Shown here in pieces: positions 1 to 7,635 of a DNA stretch of 64,000 bases (within the stretch, counting starts at the first letter, position 1; every line of letters starts with the position of its first letter). The notes under the pieces are model-generated. The model was given only the letters and a program-made list of their open reading frames with translations. It had not been told where the DNA came from and ran no database searches. Source of the DNA: an uncultured Planctomycetales bacterium (lineage in GTDB: Bacteria > Omnitrophota > Gorgyraeia > Zapsychrales > Fredricksoniimonadaceae); contig CAZASA010000002.1 of NCBI GenBank assembly GCA_964487685.1, positions 3,611 to 67,610 of the forward strand, given 5' to 3'. The translations under genes and the position numbers were made by a program.

Positions 1-27
1 TTCACGATTTCGAGAAGGTAGGGAATC

Positions 28-2940
28 TTGATTTGGCGTATTGAAGTCAAGCAAAAGGACGGGTTCCTTGACCCGCAAGGGAAGGCCATTGCCAAAGATA
101 TCACCGATCTTGGTTTTGAGGTCTCCCTGGTGCAAGTAGTTGCGGTCTATCTGCTGGAAGGTGATATCAGTCGCGAAGAGATCAAGCGTATCGGCGACGA
201 ACTTCTTATTGACCCCATCGTTGAAGAGTACAGTTTTGATCTGAAACTCCCCCTGCAGTCATCAACGCATCATGTCATCGAGATCGCTTATAATCCGGGC
301 GTCATGGACCCGGTGGAAGCTTCCACGATCAAGGGCATCCGTGACATGGCAATCACAGGGATCACGGCCGTACGTACTGCCCGGCAATATCATATCCACG
401 GTAAATTTACCTCCCAACAATTAGATGCAATCACCAGCCGTGCCTTGATGAACAAGCTCATCCAGCACGTGGTCCGTGACCCGTCCCAAGTCCCAACGAC
501 ATTAGGGATCACGGCGCCATCGGCTTCAAAATTTGATGTGCTTATCGTGGACCTTTTAGGGGCCAACAATAAAAAGCTCATGGATATTTCCAAAAAAGGC
601 CAGTTGTATCTGAATTTGGATGAAATGAAGGCGGTCCAGGCCCATTTCAAAAAGGAAGGCCGCAATCCGACGGACGTGGAGCTGGAGACCATTGCGCAGA
701 CCTGGAGCGAGCATTGCCGGCATAAGACCTTCCGCGGTATTATCCGTTACCGTGAAGGCAAAAACGCGAAACCTAAGATCATCCGCAGCCTTTTTAAGAC
801 AACCATTGCCGCGGCCACCTTGAAATTAAATAAAAAATGGTGCGTCTCCGTCTTTCATGATAATGCCGGGATCATTGATTTTGACAAGGAATACAATGTC
901 TGTTTTAAAGTCGAGACCCATAATCACCCATCAGCCCTGGAGCCCTTTGGCGGGGCCAATACGGGAGTGGGTGGCGTTATCAGGGACACTTTAGGGACTG
1001 GCCTTGCGGCCAAACCTTTATGTAATACCGACGTATTTTGTTTTGCCCCACCCGATACACCGGCCTCATCCTTGCCGTCAGGCACCTTGCATCCCAAACG
1101 GGTGATGAAGGGGGTCGTTGCCGGCGTGCGTGATTATGGCAATAAAATGGGGATACCTACGGTCAATGGTGCTATCGTTTTTGATGAACATTTTGCCGGT
1201 AATCCGTTGGTCTTTTGTGGCAATATTGGGCTTATCCCTAAGGGGAAGGAAACCAAGCGTGTCAATAAGGGAGACCTGATCGTTGCGGTCGGCGGCCGCA
1301 CGGGCAGGGACGGTATCCATGGCGCCACCTTTTCTTCCGGTGAGCTGACCGGTGAATCAGAGACAGTTTCTTCCGGTGCGGTACAGATCGGTAACCCTAT
1401 CGAAGAAAAAAAAGTACAGGACGCCCTTCTTAAAGCACGCGATGCTAATTTATATTCCGGGATCACGGATTGCGGGGCCGGCGGATTTTCTTCTGCCGTC
1501 GGTGAAATGGGCGAAAAGACCGGGGCCCGTGTCGATTTAGATAAAGCACCGTTAAAGTATCAAGGACTTAAATACCATGAGATCTGGATCTCTGAATCCC
1601 AGGAGCGTATGGTCATGTCCGTGGCCCCTCAAAAGATAGACGCTTTATTAAAAGTTTTTGCGGACGAGAATGTTGAGGCCTGCGTGTTAGGCGAATTCGA
1701 CGGCTCCGGCCGCCTGCAATTATTTTTCCATGGTCAACAAGTCGCTGATCTGGAGATGGCCTTTATTCACGACGGTTTGCCTAAGATAATCAAGGAAGCC
1801 GTCTATCATAAGCCTGTTTTAAAAAAAGAGAAATTACCTTCTTTTAATATGTCATTCCCGCGAAAGCGGGAATCTTGTCTGACAGAAAGTTTATGCGCGG
1901 CTTTAAGCCATTATAATGTGGCCTCTAAAGAAAGCATTATTCGTATCTATGACCATGAAGTGCAGGGAACCAGTGTCATCAAGCCTATGGTCGGGATCGA
2001 TTGCGACGGGCCTTCGGATGCCGCGGTACTCCGTGGCCGGTTGGATTCTTCCCGCGGGATCGCGGTTTCCAACGGCATCAATGTCCGTTTCGGGATGATC
2101 GATCCATTGGGTATGGCCGCTTCCTGCATTGATGAGGCCATCCGCCAGATCATTGCTGTCGGAGGTTCTTTAGACCGTATCGCCCTGCTTGATAATTTTT
2201 GTTGGGGTAATCCTGATAAACCTGACCGGTTGGGTTCGCTGGTGCGCTGTGCCCAAGGCTGTTATAAAGCCGCCGTGGCATTCGGCACACCATTTATTTC
2301 CGGCAAGGACAGTTTATATAATGAATACACGCATCAAGGTAAAAGCCTTGCGATACCGGGCACTATTTTGATCTCTGCGATCGGCATCATTGATGATGTC
2401 ACCCGAAGCATCACCATGGATTTTAAAAAAGCAGGGAACAGTATTTATGTGATCGGCACCACTTTTGATGAGCTTGGCGGATCGATCTATCTGGAAAATT
2501 CAGGCCAACTGGGAAATTCTGCTCCCCAGGTAAATTTTAAGACGGCTTCCAAGATCTATCGTGCAGTTGAGAAAGCGGCCAAGGCGCGGGTGTTTGCCTC
2601 TTTGCATGATTGCTCCGAAGGGGGCGCGGCAGTGGCGCTGGCGGAGATGGCATTTGCCGGCGGCTTAGGGGCAACGGTTTTATTGAAGAATTTGCCTTTT
2701 AAGGGTAAACAACGGCGGGACGAGGTCTTGCTTTTTTCAGAAAGCAATTCACGTTTTATCGCTGAAGCAGCGCCTGGCCACGAAAAGTCACTGGCAAAGT
2801 TTTTAAAAGGTCTTCCTTTCGCGAAGATCGGGCAGGTAGAATCAAGTCCGGAGCTTGTTGTTTACGGGCTCAAGGATAAGCCGGTGATCAATGCCCGGAT
2901 CGATGAACTTAAAAGTATCTGGCAATCCCCGTTAAAGTAG
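28..2940 (+). CDS. purL: Phosphoribosylformylglycinamidine synthase, PurS-PurL fusion (FGAM synthase II with N-terminal PurS domain)
   Basis: N-terminal ~85 aa is PurS-like ('FLDPQGKAIAKDI', 'LLIDPIVEEYSF'). This is followed by small-PurL motifs 'WSEHCRHKTF' and 'VAVGGRTGRDGIHGATFSS' and duplicated AIRS-like halves. TTG start per ORF track. Confidence 0.9.
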   Translation: MIWRIEVKQKDGFLDPQGKAIAKDITDLGFEVSLVQVVAVYLLEGDISREEIKRIGDELLIDPIVEEYSFDLKLPLQSSTHHVIEIAYNPGVMDPVEASTIKGIRDMAITGITAVRTARQYHIHGKFTSQQLDAITSRALMNKLIQHVVRDPSQVPTTLGITAPSASKFDVLIVDLLGANNKKLMDISKKGQLYLNLDEMKAVQAHFKKEGRNPTDVELETIAQTWSEHCRHKTFRGIIRYREGKNAKPKIIRSLFKTTIAAATLKLNKKWCVSVFHDNAGIIDFDKEYNVCFKVETHNHPSALEPFGGANTGVGGVIRDTLGTGLAAKPLCNTDVFCFAPPDTPASSLPSGTLHPKRVMKGVVAGVRDYGNKMGIPTVNGAIVFDEHFAGNPLVFCGNIGLIPKGKETKRVNKGDLIVAVGGRTGRDGIHGATFSSGELTGESETVSSGAVQIGNPIEEKKVQDALLKARDANLYSGITDCGAGGFSSAVGEMGEKTGARVDLDKAPLKYQGLKYHEIWISESQERMVMSVAPQKIDALLKVFADENVEACVLGEFDGSGRLQLFFHGQQVADLEMAFIHDGLPKIIKEAVYHKPVLKKEKLPSFNMSFPRKRESCLTESLCAALSHYNVASKESIIRIYDHEVQGTSVIKPMVGIDCDGPSDAAVLRGRLDSSRGIAVSNGINVRFGMIDPLGMAASCIDEAIRQIIAVGGSLDRIALLDNFCWGNPDKPDRLGSLVRCAQGCYKAAVAFGTPFISGKDSLYNEYTHQGKSLAIPGTILISAIGIIDDVTRSITMDFKKAGNSIYVIGTTFDELGGSIYLENSGQLGNSAPQVNFKTASKIYRAVEKAAKARVFASLHDCSEGGAAVALAEMAFAGGLGATVLLKNLPFKGKQRRDEVLLFSESNSRFIAEAAPGHEKSLAKFLKGLPFAKIGQVESSPELVVYGLKDKPVINARIDELKSIWQSPLK
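1851..1874 (+). repeat. REP-A palindromic repeat copy (gtcattcccgcgaaagcgggaatc) lying in-frame inside purL
   Basis: Exact match to the repeat family seen at 4524, 4895, 5129, 6355(rev) and 25189. Translated as 'MSFPRKRES' in the purL reading frame. Confidence 0.8.
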
Positions 2941-2947
2941 CATTAAT

Positions 2948-3002
2948 GTCATTCCCGCGAAAGGTCGGATTGACCGACACTCGCAGTTGCTCGCGGGAAT
3001 CC
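2948..3002 (+). repeat. Composite repeat: REP-A hairpin with a 31-nt REP-B element (gtcggattgaccgacactcgcagttgctcgc) inserted in its loop
   Basis: REP-A 5' half 'gtcattcccgcgaaag', then REP-B (also at 7534-7564), then the REP-A 3' half 'gggaatcc'. It fills the purL-LOG intergenic gap. Confidence 0.7.
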
Positions 3003-3019
3003 ATAACAAAGGAAGAAAA

Positions 3020-3694
3020 ATGGTCAAAACAAGAAAATATTCAAAAGCCCCTGACCTGGAGATGATGGAAGACCCCTGGCGCATATTTCGCATCATGGCG
3101 GAATTTGTCGACGGGTTTGAAGAGCTCAAAGATATCGGTCCTGCGGTCAGCATCTTTGGTTCTTCCCGCATCCACAATGCGCATTCTTATTATTTCGCGG
3201 CGGAAAAAACAGCTGAGCTTTTGGTCAAAGCGGGTTACGCGGTCATCACAGGTGGCGGCCCCAGTATCATGGAAGCGGGCAATAAGGGTGCTTCCAAGGC
3301 AGGGGGACAATCCATCGGGCTTAATATCGACCTGCCCACCGAGCAAAAACCGAATGAGTACATCAATCATGAGATCAATTTCCATTATTTTTTCTGCCGT
3401 AAGGTCTGTTTTGTCAAATATGCCAAGGCCTTTGTGATCTTTCCCGGCGGCTTTGGGACCCTGGATGAACTTTCAGAAAGTATTACCTTGATCCAGACCA
3501 AGCGTATGGATAAATTCCCGGTCATTCTTTATGGGAGCAAATATTGGAATGGCCTTTTGGAGTGGTTTAAGAACACCGTGCTTCCGGAGAATTGTATTGA
3601 TGCCAAGGACCTGGATATTATTCAAACCGCGGATACCCCGCAAGAAGTCGTTTCGATCATCAAGAAATTTTATGCCAAGAAAAAGGGGAAATGA
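3020..3694 (+). CDS. LOG family protein (TIGR00730 Rossmann-fold nucleotide-monophosphate nucleosidase / cytokinin riboside 5'-monophosphate phosphoribohydrolase-like)
   Basis: Motifs 'GGGPSIMEAGNKGA' and 'PGGFGTLDEL'. ATG at 3020 with RBS 'aaaggaag'; the ORF-track start at 2987 lies inside the repeat. Confidence 0.8.
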   Translation: MVKTRKYSKAPDLEMMEDPWRIFRIMAEFVDGFEELKDIGPAVSIFGSSRIHNAHSYYFAAEKTAELLVKAGYAVITGGGPSIMEAGNKGASKAGGQSIGLNIDLPTEQKPNEYINHEINFHYFFCRKVCFVKYAKAFVIFPGGFGTLDELSESITLIQTKRMDKFPVILYGSKYWNGLLEWFKNTVLPENCIDAKDLDIIQTADTPQEVVSIIKKFYAKKKGK

Positions 3695-4500
3695 ACGTTA
3701 AAGTCATAGTCTTACGCACCGCCGGCACCAATTGCAATGAGGAAACCGCCTTTGCTTTTACCCGCAGCGGTGGATCGGTTGAGCAGGTGCATGTGAATGC
3801 TTTGATCGAAGGAACCAAGAAATTAGGCGACTATCATATTCTGGCGCTGCCCGGCGGATTTAGTTACGGGGATGATATTGCCTCGGGCCGTATATTGGCC
3901 AATGAATTGCGTCTGAAATTAGGGGAAGACCTCAAACAATTTATCCGTGATGGCAAATTGATCATCGGGATATGCAATGGGTTTCAGATCCTGGCTAAAG
4001 CTGGTATACTACCAGGGTTGGAATATGGATTGACCCCGGTTGAGAATCAGCGGGGCAAGCAAGAAGCTACATTGTTTTATAATGATTCTGCGAAATTCGA
4101 GGCGCGCTGGGTCCATTTGAAGACCGAAGGCCGCTCGGTTTGGACCAAGGATATCAAAAGTGTCATTTATTTGCCGGTGGCCCATGGCGAGGGAAAATTC
4201 ATTCCCAGGGACGCCAAGGTCATGGAAGCACTTGCCGCCAACGGACAGATCGTGTTCCGTTATTGCACCGAGGACCGCGGCAAGCCCGTGTATCCTGAGA
4301 ATCCCAATGGTTCCACCGATGATATCGCCGGCATCTGTGACACCACCGGAAGGGTGCTAGGCCTCATGCCCCATCCCGAACGCCATTTTTTATTCGAGCA
4401 ACACCCGTACTGGACACGACTTGCTAAAAAAACCGTATTCGGCGACGGCGCCAAAATATTCGAAAACGGCATCAATTACGTGAAAGAACATTTATTATAG
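3691..4500 (+). CDS. purQ: Phosphoribosylformylglycinamidine synthase subunit PurQ (glutamine amidotransferase)
   Basis: 'LPGGFSYGDD', catalytic 'GICNGFQIL', C-terminal His/Glu region. ATGA overlap with the upstream gene. Confidence 0.9.
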   Translation: MNVKVIVLRTAGTNCNEETAFAFTRSGGSVEQVHVNALIEGTKKLGDYHILALPGGFSYGDDIASGRILANELRLKLGEDLKQFIRDGKLIIGICNGFQILAKAGILPGLEYGLTPVENQRGKQEATLFYNDSAKFEARWVHLKTEGRSVWTKDIKSVIYLPVAHGEGKFIPRDAKVMEALAANGQIVFRYCTEDRGKPVYPENPNGSTDDIAGICDTTGRVLGLMPHPERHFLFEQHPYWTRLAKKTVFGDGAKIFENGINYVKEHLL

Positions 4501-4523
4501 TGTCATTACCATTAACTACTCAT

Positions 4524-4548
4524 GTCATTCCCGCGAAAGCGGGAATCC
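4524..4548 (+). repeat. REP-A copy
   Basis: gtcattcccgcgaaagcgggaatcc: 8-bp stem (attcccgc/gcgggaat) with a GAAA tetraloop. Confidence 0.8.
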
Positions 4549-4552
4549 ATAA

Positions 4553-4840
4553 ATGGAATATTACGTATATATTTTAGCCAGCAAGAAACATGGAACTTTG
4601 TATATAGGCGTAACAAATGATTTGATTAAGAGGGTCTTTGAACACAAAAATGATTTAGTGGAGGGTTTTACCAAGAAATACAGTGTCCATCAATTAGTTT
4701 ATTTTGATCAAACAGGCGATGTCAATAGCGCCATTACCAGAGAAAAGCAAATCAAAAAATGGCGCAGGCAGTGGAAGATTGAGTTGATCGAAGAAAAGAA
4801 TCCTGATTGGGATGATTTATATTTGGATTTGGTGAAGTAA
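4553..4840 (+). CDS. GIY-YIG nuclease family protein (small URI-domain, COG2827-like)
   Basis: 'YYVYILASKKHGTLYIGVTNDLIKRVFEH' GIY...YIG motif. 95 aa; flanked by REP-A copies. Confidence 0.75.
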   Translation: MEYYVYILASKKHGTLYIGVTNDLIKRVFEHKNDLVEGFTKKYSVHQLVYFDQTGDVNSAITREKQIKKWRRQWKIELIEEKNPDWDDLYLDLVK

Positions 4841-4894
4841 ATTATTTCTTTGTCTTTTTTTAAAAGGATACTGTCATTCCCGTTCCTTATTAAC

Positions 4895-4919
4895 GTCATT
4901 CCCGCGAAAGCGGGAATCC
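4895..4919 (+). repeat. REP-A copy (with a degenerate half-copy at 4873-4882)
   Basis: Exact 25-nt match; a partial 'gtcattcccg' lies 13 nt upstream. Confidence 0.8.
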
Positions 4920-4937
4920 AGAACACGTGGCATGGAC

Positions 4938-5079
4938 GGCTGACACCGATATATTTTTTCTGCTAAAATCTGACGTTCACGCTGGAAGCGTTGGTGCCAA
5001 TAAAGAGGTCACGCGAAGAGATTAGCCGAAAGCAACGTTGTCAGATTTTTATACGCAGAAAAAAATATCGGCATCAGCC
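4938..5079. repeat. ~142-nt long imperfect hairpin element (MITE-like or structured RNA)
   Basis: Left arm 'ggctgacaccgatatattttttctgctaaaatctgacg' pairs with right arm 'cgttgtcagatttttatacgcagaaaaaaatatcggcatcagcc'. Each arm is about 40 nt; the central ~60 nt has a secondary stem cgttg/caacg. Confidence 0.55.
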
Positions 5080-5128
5080 TGCTAATGGTCTATCATATTG
5101 TACAATGTCATTCTTTTAGAATTAATTA

Positions 5129-5153
5129 GTCATTCCCGCGAAAGCGGGAATCC
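5129..5153 (+). repeat. REP-A copy
   Basis: Exact match; forward orientation (loop gaaa). Confidence 0.8.
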
Positions 5154-5207
5154 AGTCATGTTTAGTAGATTTGTTTCAAAGGACCAAGATATCCGTTAGC
5201 AACGATA

Positions 5208-6251
5208 GTGTTATATTGGGAACTTAAAAAAGTAGCTATCCTTATGAAGAAAGTTTTCAGTAGGAACTATATGTTAAATATAATCCTGATGTACGGTATT
5301 CCGGTAGCATTTGTTATAGGGATTCTTTTTTTTATTTATTCTTCTTGGGGGACCCAACTATGTATTGAAATTTTAAGAGCATTGATTGGGGGGATATTTG
5401 CAGCTGCCTTAGTTTTTATGATTTCAATCTTATCTCCTATTAAAAAGATTGAAAATAAAACGGAGGTTTATTTATTGGCCCTTAAGAATATAGATCCAAA
5501 TCCAAATATATACTCTAACCATTTGATACCTTTAGAATTTTTGACTATAAGAAAGTTTGGTTTTACTTCGAATCCATTAGAGGCGGGTTACGTACATGTT
5601 TCTACTGAGAATGAGCAATTTATAAGAAGAAATCGTGAATTAAATATTCAAATCGGAAACGTTAAAGATTTAGAATATTTTTTAGAGTTAATGGAATGGT
5701 CTACGTTGACATGGATTAGAAATGTTTACGGAGAACACTGGCAAACAAAGGTATTTTGGTTTAATGGGATTTCAGGGGGTGGTGGAAAGTCTTATGTGCC
5801 TGCTGATTCGGATAAAGCAGAAAAGCTCGAAATTAATGCGTTCTTAAAAGATAATAGATTTTCCAATGGAGAGAAAAAATATATTTATTTGCCACCAAGA
5901 ACGAAGGCTAGGTATATAAAATTAAGTGATGGCCTCCACATTATAGAATTCAAGAATCGAAATACGACTTTTAGAATAAAATTTGAATTAGGGGTTTCCG
6001 AATCAATTAATGCAACGGATTTGGCCGAGAAGATTATTCAAAGATTTGGTAGAGGGTTAGGACAACAAATAGAAGTAACTTTTGAGATGGAACCAAATTT
6101 ATTTTTTCGTTGGACTACCAATACCGACAATCAAATACAATGGTTTAATGGATTAATGAATTCTTATAATGAATCTTTTTCTTGGTATATTTTAAAAGAC
6201 AAATTAAACCAGTCTTTAGAAGTAGATTCATTTTTGTCTGAAAAAAAATAA
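5208..6251 (+). CDS. Hypothetical membrane-anchored protein, AT-rich orphan (two N-terminal TM helices plus a ~270-aa soluble domain)
   Basis: Long ORF with strongly AT-biased codon usage relative to its neighbours. TM segments 'IILMYGIPVAFVIGILFFIY' and 'ALIGGIFAAALVFMISIL'. No recognisable family. The likely true start is ATG 5271 (RBS agga); GTG 5208 is the ORF-track start. Confidence 0.55.
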   Translation: MLYWELKKVAILMKKVFSRNYMLNIILMYGIPVAFVIGILFFIYSSWGTQLCIEILRALIGGIFAAALVFMISILSPIKKIENKTEVYLLALKNIDPNPNIYSNHLIPLEFLTIRKFGFTSNPLEAGYVHVSTENEQFIRRNRELNIQIGNVKDLEYFLELMEWSTLTWIRNVYGEHWQTKVFWFNGISGGGGKSYVPADSDKAEKLEINAFLKDNRFSNGEKKYIYLPPRTKARYIKLSDGLHIIEFKNRNTTFRIKFELGVSESINATDLAEKIIQRFGRGLGQQIEVTFEMEPNLFFRWTTNTDNQIQWFNGLMNSYNESFSWYILKDKLNQSLEVDSFLSEKK

Positions 6252-6354
6252 CCTGAAAGAATTCCTAGATAAATGTTCTTTTAATCGATACTTTGATTTT
6301 TTATAACATATCATCGGGTGGCCAAAGGCAGAATCCGATGATTTGCGTTAAAAT

Positions 6355-6379
6355 GGATTCCCGCTTTCGCGGGAATGAC
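6355..6379 (-). repeat. REP-A copy, inverted orientation (loop tttc)
   Basis: ggattcccgctttcgcgggaatgac is the reverse complement of the forward copies. Together with 5129-5153 it brackets the AT-rich ORF. Confidence 0.8.
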
Positions 6380-6393
6380 AGGTGTAGATATTT

Positions 6394-7398
6394 ATGGCAC
6401 GGCAATTGACTTATAAAGAAGCAGGCGTGGATATCAGCAAGGCCAATCGGTTTGTGGAGGGCATTAAGAAAATGTCATCCTCAACGATCAATCGCGGTGT
6501 TGTCAACCGGCCGGGATCGTTCGGGGCTTTATTTGATTTGGGTTTTGCTAAATATAAGAATCCGGTCCTGGTTTCTTCCACCGATGGGGTGGGGACAAAA
6601 TTATTGGTCGCGAATTTGGCGGGCAAGCATGATAAGGTGGGTATTGATCTGGTTGCGATGAACGTCAATGATATCTTGTGCACCGGGGCCACGCCTTTGT
6701 TCTTTTTGGATTATATCGCCACCGGCAAACTTAACTCCAAGATCATGAACAGCGTGATGAAGGGCATAGTGGCAGGCTGCAGGATGTCCGGCTGCGCCCT
6801 GATCGGCGGTGAAACCGCGGAAATGCCGGATATGTATAAGGGTGAAGATTATGACCTGGCCGGGTTTACCGTCGGGGTTGTTGAGAAGAACGGTATTATC
6901 GACGGTTCAGGGATCAAAAGTGACGATGTGCTCATCGGCTTGTCATCTTCCGGCCTTCATTCCAACGGGTATTCGTTGGCCCGTAAGGCCTTAAGCATTA
7001 AAGAACAAAAGTTATACGCGCAGATCCTGCTTAAGCCGACCTGCATCTATGTTAAGCCGGTATTAGCCTTGCTTAAGGGTATAAAAGTCAAGGGCATGGC
7101 GCATATGACGGGCGGCGCCTGGTATGAAAAATTAACCAAGGTGCTGCCCAAGGGGTTATGTTTTGCCGTTAAAAAAGGGTCTTGGCCCATGCCAAGGATC
7201 TTTGAATTGATCCAGGACAAAGGACACATACCCGAGCACGAAATGTACCGTACCTTTAATATGGGCATTGGCTTTGCATTGGTAATTTCCCCTGAAAATG
7301 TCAACGGCGTGCAAAGCTTTTTACGCACACAAAAAGTTAAATCGTTTGTCATCGGCCAAGTGATACAGGATGCAAAGCATAAAGTAGTTTTTGAATGA
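6394..7398 (+). CDS. purM: Phosphoribosylformylglycinamidine cyclo-ligase (AIR synthetase)
   Basis: 'YKEAGVDISKANRFVEGIKK', 'GGETAEMPDMY', 'HMTGGA'. Confidence 0.9.
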   Translation: MARQLTYKEAGVDISKANRFVEGIKKMSSSTINRGVVNRPGSFGALFDLGFAKYKNPVLVSSTDGVGTKLLVANLAGKHDKVGIDLVAMNVNDILCTGATPLFFLDYIATGKLNSKIMNSVMKGIVAGCRMSGCALIGGETAEMPDMYKGEDYDLAGFTVGVVEKNGIIDGSGIKSDDVLIGLSSSGLHSNGYSLARKALSIKEQKLYAQILLKPTCIYVKPVLALLKGIKVKGMAHMTGGAWYEKLTKVLPKGLCFAVKKGSWPMPRIFELIQDKGHIPEHEMYRTFNMGIGFALVISPENVNGVQSFLRTQKVKSFVIGQVIQDAKHKVVFE

Positions 7399-7428
7399 TA
7401 TTGGGCGGATGGCTCTGAGTATGAAAAC

Positions 7429-7599
7429 TGCGGCGGGTGGCGAGGAACGGCGTTCAGGAGCGCACGGCAAGGGTAGCCGGACCTATTTAGGGAAACCCCC
7501 TTTCAAGGCAGCTGAGCTAAACGATTCTGCTCGGTCGGATTAACCGACACTCGCAATTGCTCGCAGGAGCACCTGAATGACGCGACGAGCCAGGACCCG
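7429..7599 (+). repeat. GC-rich ~150-nt intergenic element (family C), copy 1, carrying a nested REP-B insertion at 7534-7564
   Basis: Shares 'gcgggtggc', 'aggagcgcacgg', 'gggaaacc', 'caggagcacct' and '...caggacc' in the same order with the reverse complement of 55240-55385. Confidence 0.6.
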
Positions 7600-7635
7600 T
7601 TATAGCTAAATACGGAAATGACAATTGGAGTAAGA

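Noticed and set aside
7399-7617. Possible ZTP (pfl) riboswitch in the purM-purD spacer (contains gccggacc)
   Set aside because: The 3' pseudoknot partner (cgccTGGGca) and P1/P2 architecture are absent. The region is better explained as the family-C repeat shared with 55240-55385.
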